A stretch of 64,000 bases of DNA. It comes from Vicugna vicugna (lineage: Eukaryota). The stretch is taken from assembly GCA_013265495.1 (NCBI GenBank), contig MU057809.1:312001-376000 (forward strand), given 5' to 3'. Each line of letters starts with the position of its first letter. Position 1 is the first letter of the stretch. The notes under the pieces are model-generated. The model was not told the origin of the DNA. It worked only from the letters and a program-made list of their open reading frames with translations, and searched no databases. Made by a program: the position numbers and the translations under genes. Below, in pieces: positions 49,260 to 61,329 of this stretch.

Positions 49260-49640
49260 TTACCACCAAGCCCAAGGTCACCTAGATTTTTGTCTGTTAG
49301 ATTCTGAAAGTTTATAGTTTTGATTTCCCAGTTAGTAGGTTTTAAGTTGTGATCCACTTTGCTGTGTTCATTTTTGTGAAAGGTGTCAAGTCTATGCCTA
49401 GATTCCTTTTTTTATTTGCATGTGGATGTCCAATTGTTCCTGCACTGTTTATTGAAAAACCCGATTCTTCCACCACCACAATGCCGTTGCTCCTTCGTCA
49501 AAGGTCAGCCGAGTGTATCTGTGTGGGTCTATTTCTGGGCTCTCTGCTCTGTTCCACTGACCTGTCTGCCTGTTCTTCGCTGACACCACGCGATCATGGT
49601 TACTGTAGCTTTATAAAAGCCTTGAAGTCGGATAGCATTA
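49260..49640 (-). mobile_element. Old L1 ORF2 region, right part
   Basis: 'cccaaggtcacctagatttt...tttgtgaaaggtgtcaagtct...gtgggtctatttctgggctctctgctctgttccactg...tactgtagctttata'. Confidence 0.8.
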
Positions 49641-49799
49641 AAACTCTAACTGTTGTTTCACTACGCATGCCAGGGAGTGGCAGAGCTCAGCCTACGACCT
49701 CCAGTGAACGGTCATTGTTACCAGCCTCACTGCCAGCCGGCAGGTCATCCAACTCAAAAGTCCCACTTTAGAGCTGGCTGCCCAGGATGGCTCTGGTCC

Positions 49800-50165
49800 C
49801 CACTGTCATTCCCTGGGGACAGACTCGGAGGTGGAGAGTCCTGAGCAGGGGCTGATCGACAGGTGCGTTCGTGAGCGGTACAGGAAGGAAGGGGAGGCAG
49901 AGGGTGAAAGTAAAGTGCACTTCGGTGGCAGCAGCGAGCACACTGGGAGTCCTGGAGCTGGGAAGCCCTCCCAGTGGTCCCGAGTGAGGCAAACCCCCGC
50001 ACCCACTAGTCCTTCAGCATGGGCTCCCTGCAGAGGGAGCGTAACTTTAAATGGGTGAGGGGGTTCCGCCCAGCCCAGAGCAGTTCCTCGGGGAAGGATG
50101 CAGCTGTGGGAGCAAATCCGCCATCCTGAAGGGTCCTGGACTGGGTGTCACAGCACCCACCAGCA
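49800..50165 (-). mobile_element. LTR33-like (ERVL) solo LTR remnant
   Basis: 'cagactcggaggtggaga...ctggagctgggaagccctcccagtggtcccgagtgaggcaa...cctgaaggg...tcacagcacccacc'. Confidence 0.6.
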
Positions 50166-50624
50166 TCTCAGCAGAAACAGTGCTCCCCAGAGAAGCCCCC
50201 TCCATTTATACAGGAGGCTCGAGCTTGCGTCATGTGCCCAGACCCCCTTGCTGTTCAAAGACTTTTAAGACAATAACAAAATCCAGAGGCTTATCTCCGC
50301 ACCAGAAAGGGTGCTGACAGTGGAGAATGTTAAATTAAGCTCTATTTAAAAATATTAACCCAGCACTTAGGATAGGAACCGTATTTTCGTGCCCAAAGAG
50401 AGAATGGGCAGGAAGGAAAGACGTAGGCGAGTTGCCTGGAGCGCTTTCTCTAGCTAAGCTGAGGGCAGGATGTCCATCGCAAGAACCCCTGCTGGCCCGG
50501 TCTTCTCGTCAGACTCGGTCACGCTGTCAGTAACCAAACTGCCAGGAAAGATTAGAATTACCTAATCAGGCAAGGACAAAGAGCAGGGGCCGAGCTGCCC
50601 GTCTGTCAGTGTGAGCAGAAGTAA

Positions 50625-51200
50625 GGATTAGAAATTAGCTGGTGGCTTAAACCGATATTTTTAGAATTCCACTTGAAAGGGATAAGGATTCTAAAAACAG
50701 GAAAATGGTAAATGCTGCACAAGTCAGTAAAGGATCACAGTTGGCTTCGTGTCCTTTGTAAAGAAACTATTACAAATGGTGCGGGAGGATTTAGCTGCAA
50801 AATTGCTTGAAAAGTGGAATTAGATCTGAGACAGGCAGCCTCAACTTGCGAGAGGAAGCACGCCCATACGTTGTGTTGGAGATTTTGAAAGATATTATAT
50901 TTATGACAGACAAGGAGAATGCCGCGTGTAGCCTGCATCTGGAAGAATCTGACCACGCTCTCCTTAAAGGCGCCTCCGTGAGGGGAGAAGTGGGGAAAGA
51001 TGTGCGCCTCCGAGGCCCCGCACCTTCACGCAGACGCTCGTTCCAGCTGCGCTGGGAGCAAAGCAGCAGTGACTTGTGGCTTGCCCCCCAGCCACGCGTG
51101 GAGCCAGCGCAGAGAAGGGCCTTGGCTGTTGACGAATCCGTGCATGAGGATAGATTCATCTTGGTCACCAAGACCTCTTTAAACAGGAGGTCTAAGCAGT
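50625..51200 (+). mobile_element. Ancient CR1/L3-type LINE reverse-transcriptase fossil
   Basis: Ordered degenerate motifs 'EISWWLKPIF', 'VGFVSFVKKLLQMVREDLAAKLLE', 'DRQPQLARGS', 'VLEILKDIIFMTDKENAACSLHL'. Confidence 0.5.
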
Positions 51201-51749
51201 GAGGAACGACTCCTACATGTTGCTAAAATGACTCTCCCCGCCCTTCCTTTTAACTGGAAACAGCAAAGCCTTCTTTCCACAAAGGATAACTGGCTGTGCA
51301 GAGCCCTGCTGAAGCCTAGTCCAAGGATGAGGTCCTCTGAAGAGATGAATGTCCCCTGGGCAGACAGAGCCGCTGATGGGCAGCGGGACCCTTCATCCAG
51401 GAGCACATGAGGCCCCCAGCAGGTGGAAGGAGGCAGCAAGGTGGCCCTGGGTGCAGACGGGGACAGTCACTAGGGATCTGGGCTTTCAGGGGGTGGGGGA
51501 CTCAGCAGGTGCTCAGGAGTCCGTGAGTCAGAACGTCAGGGCGGCGCTGCCAGCGAGACAGGAGTGGCGGAAGTTCTGACCTACAAGTCCAGCGCCCTGT
51601 GGTTCCTGTTAGGGGCACGTGCGGCCCAGGAGTAGGTTCAGCTTTCCAGGTGAGCATGGCCAGGTGGCCTGGCTCTCAGGAGTGGAGAGCCGCAGAAGAA
51701 ATGAACGTCACTCAGGTGCACCATGGTCAGAAACAAGACAAGAATGTCC

Positions 51750-52030
51750 CACCTCCCAGCTGCCATTCAGCATCATATGGGAAGTCCTGGCGAACACACC
51801 AAGACAGGAAAAGGAAACACCAGGTGTACAGCTTGGGAAGGAAGGAAAAACTGTCTTAGTTTGCAGGTGACATGATTATAGAAAATCTCCCCAAAATGAC
51901 AAAAAACAACCCTCCTGGAACGAATAAGCACAAAGCTGCAGGATATAGGGCTAATATACTCTTCCTTTTCTATACACCAGAAGTGAGAAATTAGAATTTG
52001 AAGCTAAAAATGCAATGCCACTTACAAAGT
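51750..52030 (+). mobile_element. L1 ORF2 RT fragment
   Basis: 'ttcagcatcatatgggaagtcctggc...gtttgcaggtgacatgatt' resembles 'FNIVLEVLA...LFADDMI'. Confidence 0.7.
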
Positions 52031-52049
52031 GAACCATGAAGCTGAACCT

Positions 52050-55000
52050 GGAATCCCCACCTTAAGCCTTTGCGTTTGCTGTTTTCTCTACTCAGAAGGC
52101 ATGTCTTTCAGGGGTCCACCACTCACTCCTTCACATCCTTCACATTGCCTGTCAAAAAGCTGTCTTCTCGGAGGATTCTGGGAAGACTGCAGAGTGGGAA
52201 GCACCAGGAATCTGTCTCCCCATCTAGACAACAATTGCTCTGGTGGAATCTGTCTGATGTAGCTATGCTGGAGCTCAGCAGCCCATTGAAGGCTTGCAAC
52301 TTCCAGGGGAAGGAATAGACAGTAAATTGCAGCTAATTCTGGTCAAATTCGGCTCTTAACACGGTGGCAGCTACTCATTCTCCACCTCCAGTCCAGTGGC
52401 AGGCACCTTTGCGTGGGTCTCTGGAGAAGCTTGCACACAGTTTGTAGGAACCAGCTGGATCATTTGGATAACCACCAAATGTCAAGGATCTGTCCTCTGA
52501 TTCCTAACCGCTGCTTCTGATCACACAGGTGCTGAGAGAGGGCAGCCACTGTTGCAAGCCCCCCATCCCAGCTGAAGTGACTTGCAGGGGATTTAAAGTG
52601 CCGGCACACTTCCTCCCCTCTTCCTCTTTATTATCTGTTTTTCTTCTTTTGGGAGCCAGACATTAAAGACGAGGACAATCAAAAGCAAGTGCATATATTG
52701 GGAGAAATTAGAACGTTGCTGTGTTTGCCCAACAAAAGGCACAGGCTCAGAAGAGACCTGAGAAGACGTTGCATTTATACCCTGGACTGATTCTCGGCAC
52801 AGAGACAGGCTACAACGATAATAATAATTTAAACAATAACAAAAAGCAGCAAATCCTGGGGAGGGGAGAGAATCTAATTTACAGAGTTACCACATTGTTA
52901 GAGTCAAATATCCGGTTTTCAACAAAACATCACAGAGCAGACAAAGAAACAAGAACGTGTGGCCCGATCAAGTGGGAAACACATACCAGCAGAGCCTGTT
53001 CCTGGAAAGGACTTGATGAAAGATCTACTAGACAAAGATTTTAAAGCAACTGTCTTAATGGTGCTCAAAGAACTACAGGAAGATGTTGAGGAAGTCAAGA
53101 AAATGATGTAGAAACAAAATAGAAATACCAATAAAGAGACAGTAAACCTAAAAAGAAACCAAAAAGGAATTCTGGAGCTGGAAGTATAATAACTTAAATG
53201 AAAAGCTGACCAGAGGGATTCAAAGGCAGATTTGAGCAGGCGGAATTGGCTAACTAGAAAATAGGACAAGGGAATTATCAAGCCTGAGGAACGGAAAGTG
53301 GAAAGATTGAAGAAAAGCAAACGGAGCCTCCGGGACCTGTAAGACACCACCAAACAGAGAGACATACGCATTATGGGAGTCCCAGAAGGAAAAGAGAGAG
53401 AATGGGGCAGAGAGAGTATTTGAAGAAACAGTGGCTGAAAACGTCACAAATCTGATGGAAGACATGAATGTAAATAAACAAGAAGCTCAATGAACTGCGG
53501 GTAAGATGAACCCCAAGAGGCCCATGCTGACACACTATAATCAAACTTTCAAAAACCAAAGGCAAAGAGTCTCAGGAGCAGCAAGAGAGAAGCAACTTGT
53601 CACAGACAAGGGATTCCCCCAGTCAGATTATAAGCAGCTTTCTCATCAGAAACTCTGGAGGTCAGAAGGCAGGGGGCCAATATATTCAAAGTACTGAACA
53701 AACAAACAAACAAACAACCTGTCACCCAAGAATAACTCACATCTGGTGCAACTGTCCTTCAAGAGCAAGCGAGGAATTAAGATAAACAGAAGGCGAGGGA
53801 TGCCACCGCCATTAGACTTGCCCGGCAAGGAACGTTCAGTGCTGTCCGGCAGGGTGAAAGGGAAGGGTCCTACTGTGTCGACAGCAACTTGAAACTACGT
53901 GAAGAAATAAAGATCTCAATAAAGGCAAATACATGGGCAATTATAAAGGCTAGTCTTACTGTAACACCAGTTTGTAACACTACTTTTTGTTTCCTACATG
54001 ATTCAAGAGACCAGTGCGTGCAAAAGAATTATCAGTTTATTGGGGGGGCGTGCAATGTATAAAGATATATTTATGTGGTATCGACTGAAAGTGGCAGGGA
54101 AGAGGCAGAGTTTTCACATGTTATTGAAGTTAAGTTTGTAGAAATTCAAGTTAGTATTATAACTTTAAGATATTAAATGTAATCCCCATGGTAGCCACAA
54201 GGAAAAAGCTACAGAACACACACAAAAGGAAATGAGCAAGGACTTCAATGTTTAATTATAAAAAAGGCAACTAAACACAAAAGAAGAATTATGCAGGATG
54301 TAAGGGACAATAAAGCTGTAAGATTTGTGGGATACAAACAGCAAAGTGACAGAAGTACCACTTTGTCATCAATTACTTTAAAGTAAATGGACTAGACTTC
54401 CTGACCACAACAGGATGAAGTTAGAAACTGACAACAGAAGTAAACTGGAAAATTCACAAGTTTGTGGAAATGAAACACACACTCTTAAAGAACCAGTGGA
54501 TCAAGGAATAAACCGCAAGGGAAATTAGAAAACACTTAGAGATGAATAAAAGTGAACAGACAACATACCAAAACTTAGGGGATACAGCGCAAGCAGCGTG
54601 GAGGGGGAATTCATAGCTGCACACACTTGCATTTTAAGGAGGGATCTAAAATTAACAACTTACCTTTACCATTTCAGGAACTAGTGAAAGAGGAACAGAC
54701 TAAACCCAAAGTTGTCAAAAGGAAGGAAATAGTAAAGATTGGAGCAGAGAAAACGAAGCAGGATGTAAAAATAATGAAAACGATCAATGAAGTCAAAAGC
54801 TCATTCTTCAAACTGACAACACTTTAGTCACGTGGGTTAAGAAAAAAGACTCAAATAGCTAAGCCAAAAATGAAAGTGGGGATATTATTACCGATTCTAC
54901 AGAAACAAAAAGGACTATAAGAGAGCACCATGGCAAACTGCATGCCAACGAATTGGATAATCTAGGTGAAGTGAGAAAGTCTTAGAAACACAAAATCTAC

Positions 55001-57690
55001 CCAGAATAAGCCGTGAAGCAATAGAAACACCAGGCATGACTGTAGCTAGTAAAGAGATTGAATGAGTGTTCAAAAATCTCTTGGAAATAAAAGCGCTGGG
55101 CCAGAGGGAGTCACTGGTGAATTCTACCGAGTATTTAAAGAATTAACACCAACTCGTCTCAAACTTATGCAAAATATTAAAGAGGAGGGAATACATCCTA
55201 ACTCATTCTATGACACCAGCATAACACTGATGCCAAAGCCAGACGAAGACACTCCAAGAAAACTACAGACCAGCGTCCCTCGTGAACGCTAAATCCTCAA
55301 CAAAAGACGAGCAACCTGAACTCACCAGCGTGTCAGAGGGTCTGTTCACCACGATCAAGCAGGATTTATGCCTGGAATTCAAGGATGCTTCAACATATGA
55401 ACAGTGACTAACATAATACACCACGTCAACAGAATGAAGGGGAAAAAACTACATGGTCATCTCAACTGATGCAGATAAAGCACTCAACACAATTCAGCAT
55501 TCTTGCATGACGAAAGGAACTTGGCAAGCTAGGAACAGGAGACCACCTCGCATTATGATGTAAAAATGTCACGTGTGAACAATCTACAGCGAACAGCATA
55601 CTTAGTGTACAAGACTGAGCGCTCTTCCTCTCGGATCTGGAACAAAGCAAGGATGTTCACTTTTGCCAGTTCTGTTCATCACAGTTCTGGGAGTTCAGCC
55701 GCAGCAGTTAGGCAAGAAAAAGTAAAAGGCATCCGAACTGGAAAGAAAGAAGTAAAATTACCTATTTGCAGGTGATATGATTTTATACGTAGGAAGTCTT
55801 AAAGACTCCACTGTTACACTAACCAATGAATTCAGCAAAGTAGCAGGGTACAAAGGCAGCACATAAAGTCAGTTGCCTTCCTACGCACGAATGATGAACA
55901 GTCTGAAAAGGAAATTATAAAAAGCAACTCCATTTACAACAGTATCAGAAACAATAAAATACTTCAGAATTAATTTACCCCCAAAGGTGAAAGACTTGTA
56001 CAATGAGAACGACAAAATATTACTGAAGGAGATTAAAAAAGACATAAATAAATGGAAACACATTCTATGTTCTTGAATTGGAAGACTTAAAGTTGTTCGG
56101 ATTTCAATACTGCAGATTCAGTGCAGTCCTTTTTGAGATCCCAATAAAGTTTTCTTGTTTTGCAAAAATAGAAGACTCGTCCTAAACGTTGCGCGTAACC
56201 TCAAAGGACCCGCGCTCGCCAAGGCCACCTTGCAAAGGAACAGCGGAGCGGAGGGCCCACGAGCCCTGATTTCAAAAGCTGTTACAAAGCTACAGTCGTC
56301 AAAACAGTGTGGACTGGTACAAAGAGACATACAGAACAGTAGAATAAAACAGAATAAAGAGCCCAGAAATACGTTCTCAAACATATGGCCAAGTGCTTTT
56401 TGACAAGGATGTAAAGACCATTTGATAGGGAAAGGGCAGTTCTTTCAAAAGAGTTGAGAGCACTGGGTGTCCCCACGCAAAAGAGTGCGTTGGACTTGAG
56501 AACAGGATATACAAACATTAATCTAAAAGGGATCAAGGATTTGAATGTAATGTAAGCCCGCGACACTTTGAGAAGACAACACAGGGCAAAAGCCTCGCGG
56601 CACTGCATTTGGCCATGAATTCCTGGGTATGATACCAAAGGCACAGACAACAAAAGAAAAAACGGACAAGTTGGATTTCATGAAAATTAAAAGTTTGTGC
56701 ATCAAAAGACCATACCAACAAAGTAACACGGCAGCCAGAGGGAGAGAGAAAGTATTTGCACACCATGTCTTATGAGGGATTAACACCCGGAATACACAGA
56801 GAACTCCAACACTCAGCAATGGAAAACCGAACGGCCTGATTTCACGATGGGCCGAGGACTCGCGCAGACACAGCTCCAAGAAAACACGCCCAAGGTCCAG
56901 GCACAGGGGAGGAGCGCAGCCCCACCGACCACTGAGGAGACGCGAACCAGCGCTGCAGGGGGCGGCACCGCGCACCTGTCAGCGTGGGTGCTTTCAAGAC
57001 ATAAAAAAGAAAAGAACACGTCTTGGCAAGGGAGTGGAGAAACTGAAATCCTTGCGCCCTGCTGGGGGGACTGTAAGGTGACACAACCGTGTGGGGAAAA
57101 GTACGGTGGCTCCTCAAATGAAAACAAATTAAAAACAGAATTACCGTATAATCCAGAAATTCCACGTCTGGCTGCATATGCAAAAGAATTGAAAGCAGAA
57201 CCTGGAAGACACACCTGCAGCGCTACATCAGAGCGGCGTTAGTCACAGTGGCTGGAGCGTGGAAGCCACCCCGGTGTCCATGGACAGGCGAGTGGATAAC
57301 TAAAATGTGGTTCAATCCCACAACGGAATATTATTTGGCCTTGAAAAGGGAAGTCTGACAGCTGCTACAGCATGGATGAATCTTGAGGACGTTTGGCTAA
57401 GAGAAATGAGCCAGTCACAAAGAGACAAGCACAATGTGGGTCCACTGTCCGAGTACTTGTAAGTACGCGGAGCAGGTGACACCCACAGAGACAGAAGCGG
57501 AGGGGAGGCTGGGGGGCTGGGGAAGGGGGAGGGAGGCTGCTGCTGAGCGGGTGGGGAGTCTGAGTTGTGCGAGATGGGGAGCCCTGGGGATGGACGGGGC
57601 GATGGCAGTACGCCATCGTGAATGCGTGTAACGCCACTGCACGGCACACTTACACGGGGCTAAGGTGGTAACTTGATGCTGGGCATGCTT
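52050..57690 (+). mobile_element. Near full-length, heavily decayed old L1 (5' region, ORF1, ORF2, 3' UTR)
   Basis: ORF1 remnants ~53030-53850 ('gcagcaagagagaagcaacttgtcac'); ORF2 motifs '[18 protein letters not shown]...[16 protein letters not shown]' and 'ctatttgcaggtgatatgatt'; 3' UTR to ~57690; many stops and frameshifts. Confidence 0.88.
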
Positions 57691-58224
57691 TTCCACCAGA
57701 ACGTGGGACAAGGGTGAATGTTGTTTTGCTTGTGACGACATCCCCAGCCCCTTGAACACCCTGGCACATAGAAATGTTCCATAAATACTTATTCAAGACA
57801 GTTCTGTAGAGATGTCACACACCATGCAGCTCGCCCACTTAAAGTGTGTACCTTAGCATATGTACAAGGCTGTGCAGCCGTCCCCAGGAACTCCAGGAGC
57901 TTCCGAGGGAAACCGCATAGCCGTGAGCGGTCACTTCTCCATTTGCTCCTGGGAGCCTGGGGAAGATGCAAGTCTCCCCAGCCCGCAGCCCGGGAAGTCA
58001 AAGCCGCCTTCCTCCTGCCACCCAGCGGTGACACGCCAGCATGACATCAGCTCCACCAGGCCAGACCCCGGACAGAGGGGTCGCCCCTGCGGTTCCTGGG
58101 GAAATGCAGGGACCTCGCCTCCTCTCTGGGGTGTGGCCGGCCCGCGGCTGCCGGGGACACTTGGAAGCCCAGAGCCACGCTCTGTACGGGCTTGGTGAGA
58201 GGTGTCCCCGCCGCTTAGAGACCA

Positions 58225-58370
58225 GGCTCGTCATCAGAAACTCCTCCCGGTGGTGGGGGTGGGGGTGAGGTTAAAAGTGCAGATGCCAGGGCCCGTCTCA
58301 GCCTACAGAATCAGAATCTCCGGGTTGGGACTGTATTTTAAAAATTTCGACAAGGTAAGGACCGCCAGCC
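58225..58370. mobile_element. MER5A-like hAT-Charlie remnant
   Basis: 'gttaaaagtgcagatgccagggccc...cctacagaatcagaatctccggg...tgtattttaaaaa'. Confidence 0.55.
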
Positions 58371-58494
58371 TGGCTCCCCTCCGCGGTGTTGCTCCTGCAC
58401 CGCCCAGCCCACGGGAATCACCGAGGATGGGGCGAAGGAGTGAACGGCTGAGAACGGAACAGGTAGTAATAAAGCCGCTCTGCAAACTGGGGTG

Positions 58495-58830
58495 ATGTTC
58501 ACAGCGTAACATTCACTGTTTCAGAGCAAACAATTCAGTGGCCTCTGCACAGCATTGTGCACCCACCGCTTTTCTCTGGCTCCGTCGCCCCAAAAGGAGA
58601 CCCGTGGCCGTGAGCACTCGGCCCCCGCGGCCCCGATCTGCTGTCTGTCTCTGTGGATTTGCCTGTTCCGGGCACTTTGTGCAAACGGGCTCACACAGGA
58701 TGCGGCCTCCGCGTCCGGCTTCCGTCTCGGAGCGTCCCTTGCCGAGGCCCACCCGCACCGCGTGTCAGAGGTTCTCTGCTTCTTGCGGTCGAGTCACGCT
58801 CCGCTCTGTGGAGGGACCACCGCTGTCCCC
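58495..58830 (-). mobile_element. Old L1 3' end, strongly GC-shifted
   Basis: 'ttcacagcgtaacattcactgtttcagagcaaacaattcagtgg...ctgtctctgtggatttgcctgttccgggcacttt...aaacgggctcacacagg'. Confidence 0.7.
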
Positions 58831-61329
58831 GCGCCCGCCGCAGACACGCACCAGGGCGCAGGACACAGCACCGCCGCCAGCGTCTGAGCCCTCGACGGTC
58901 GTCCCGCGAGCTTGCCGTGCATCTCACAAGCCCCCGTGTCGCTCGTCTCAGGGCTCTGCTCCGGTGGCCGCACGGCCTTCCTGGTGACACAGCGGACCGT
59001 GAGTGGCGCTTCTGGAAACACAGGAGGTAGCCTGGTGCGCAGCCGGGAGGGAAGGTCCACGCCCTCTTGGCAGAAAGCTCCATCTGTCAGGAGCTCCCCC
59101 GTTGCTTCGCCTTTAGGCCCCAGAGCCCGGCTCTGCCCAGGCCTCCCTCGGAGGGGCTGAGCACCCACCCTTCCCACGTGGGGCGCCTCTGCTGCCGCTG
59201 AGGCCGCTGCGCTGGGGCTTTGGCCCCTCGGACCCTCAGGCCACACTTACCCCAGCCCCCCGCCTGGGAGGAGGGGGACCCCAGCAGCTGACTGCCTTCA
59301 GGCCTTCAAGCTGGAACGCTGCCCACAAACCCAAGACCCCGCAAGAGAAGAACGTCCCAGGAAACACCCGGAACCCCGGTGCTCCTCAGGGTAAGGAGAA
59401 GGTTCACCCTCAATTGTCTGTTTCTTTACCCTCCTTTGGTCTTGCTTTCGGGATTCCTGTGGGTGTGAGGCCCCTAAAACTCAGGCTGAAATCAGCTGCG
59501 TACAGTGAAGTCCACACTCTCACACGTGCAGCTGGGGAGTTCTGACACGTGTGCGCACCCCGCTCGTCCGGCCCGATCACGCCCACGCCCGCAGGCCTAG
59601 GCGTGGGGGTTCCCGCCGCGGAGGACGGAGCGCTCGGCCCTCCATCACCGCCCGGCTGGGGCGCCCGCTCCCGAAGCCCCCGAACCGGGCTCGTCCGCGC
59701 GTGCGCGCTGAGCCTGCGTCATCCCACCCCGTGCCCGCCTTGTCCTCTGAGACTCGCCTGCCTGCCTCATCCCGTTCTGTGCAGGATGCCCCGAGTCCCT
59801 CTCACAGCCGCCCCCCTGCGCCCCTGCAGACCGACGTCTGGCTTGTCTCTGCCAACTCCTCCTCCGTCCGCGGCACAGGCTCTGACTTTGGTGTCGTGTC
59901 CTCCCATCCTCACCGGCGACACGCAGGCTGGACCGGCCGGTTGAGCCATATGGTCACGTCGGACGTCCACCTGCGCCCTCACTGGGCAGGATGTGTGTGG
60001 ACACACCGTGTACACGCAGTGTGAATGCCCACCAGCGTTGCTGGAACAGCCACCGAGTATGGTCCGTAGCCCCCCGGGGCTGTCCCCCACCGGGCCCCTG
60101 TCTTCTGCCTCCGTCTCCCTCCTGCCCTGTGACCCTGGTGGTGCCACCTCTCCATGTGGTGATGTTCCCCAAGTATGACCTCCCACCATGGCTGTCAGCA
60201 GGGGAGGGTGCTGGGGCCTTGGCTCTTCCCACCACCCCCAGCCCCGGCTGAGCCGGCTGCCTGAGAAGTGGGCACCAGCATCAGTCGGCCAGCTGGGCGG
60301 GAAGCACGGGGCCCCCATGAGAGGGGTGGAGGCCATCCAGCCTCAGTCCCGGGGTCCAGTGTGGGACTGAGCCGTCAGCGGAATCTGAGCAGATGAGGCA
60401 GGGGTGGGGTGGGGCAGGGACCAGCCGCATCCTGCACTCGTGAAGGCAGGACAGACGCTGGAGAGAGTTGGAGGCCCTGGACAGGGCTCCCGAAATCCTT
60501 GGGGAGACACGGAGCGTCCCTGCGGCCTGGCGTCCATGCCTGCTCCTCCCCGGGGCCCCTACAGCTGCAGCCCCTTTCTAGAGCTGCCTTGACCCCGTCC
60601 CTGCTCTCGATGAAAGCACTGTCTTCAGGTGCCTCCCACCTTCCGACAAAGAGGGAGGCAGGCGTTCCCACTACGCCTGGTTTGCCTCCTGGGAGCCCCT
60701 CCTTTGTCCTCTGACACGCTACCTTTCAGACTGTAACTTCTTTCTTGAGAATCAGCCTCCTCAAATTAAGTCACCCAAATTCCCAAGGAAGCCGAAAAGC
60801 CATTTTTCTGGCAAATCTTATGTGAAGATAATTTAATATAAGGCATAAACTAATAAACTAAAGACCGTATATTACAGCAGTAGCACAGTAAAAAATGAGC
60901 CTGCAGGAGAGACACATGGACAGTGTTTTAGCCAAGGGGAGAGGAAGGGAGTAGAAGTAAGACGTGAGTTACACTCCGTGCGTAAATAACCTTAAAAAGA
61001 AACAATAAAGATGACTTCCATAACGATTAATATATTTGGGGAGAGATTATTTAATTGCAGTAAAATAAGAGGTGATAAGTCTAGCTGAAGTTTTGCATGA
61101 TCAGGATTAAGTCAGTTTTTTAAGGAACACACAAAAGTATCGTTTTCTAGGATTTTTAAGAAGATTCTGGAGATATGCAAAGCTTCTCTTCGTTTCAGAG
61201 CGGCAGATTTTAGCGACACAAATCCAAAATCACCGTTCCTCTGCAAGGTGGCCAGTGATCTCTGAAACTCCAAAACTTCTTTTAAGATCTCATCAACCAG
61301 AATAGAATTTAGCAAGAAAGCATAACAAG

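Noticed and set aside
52050..57690. Active or intact L1
   Set aside because: Numerous stops and frameshifts, and the endonuclease domain is deleted
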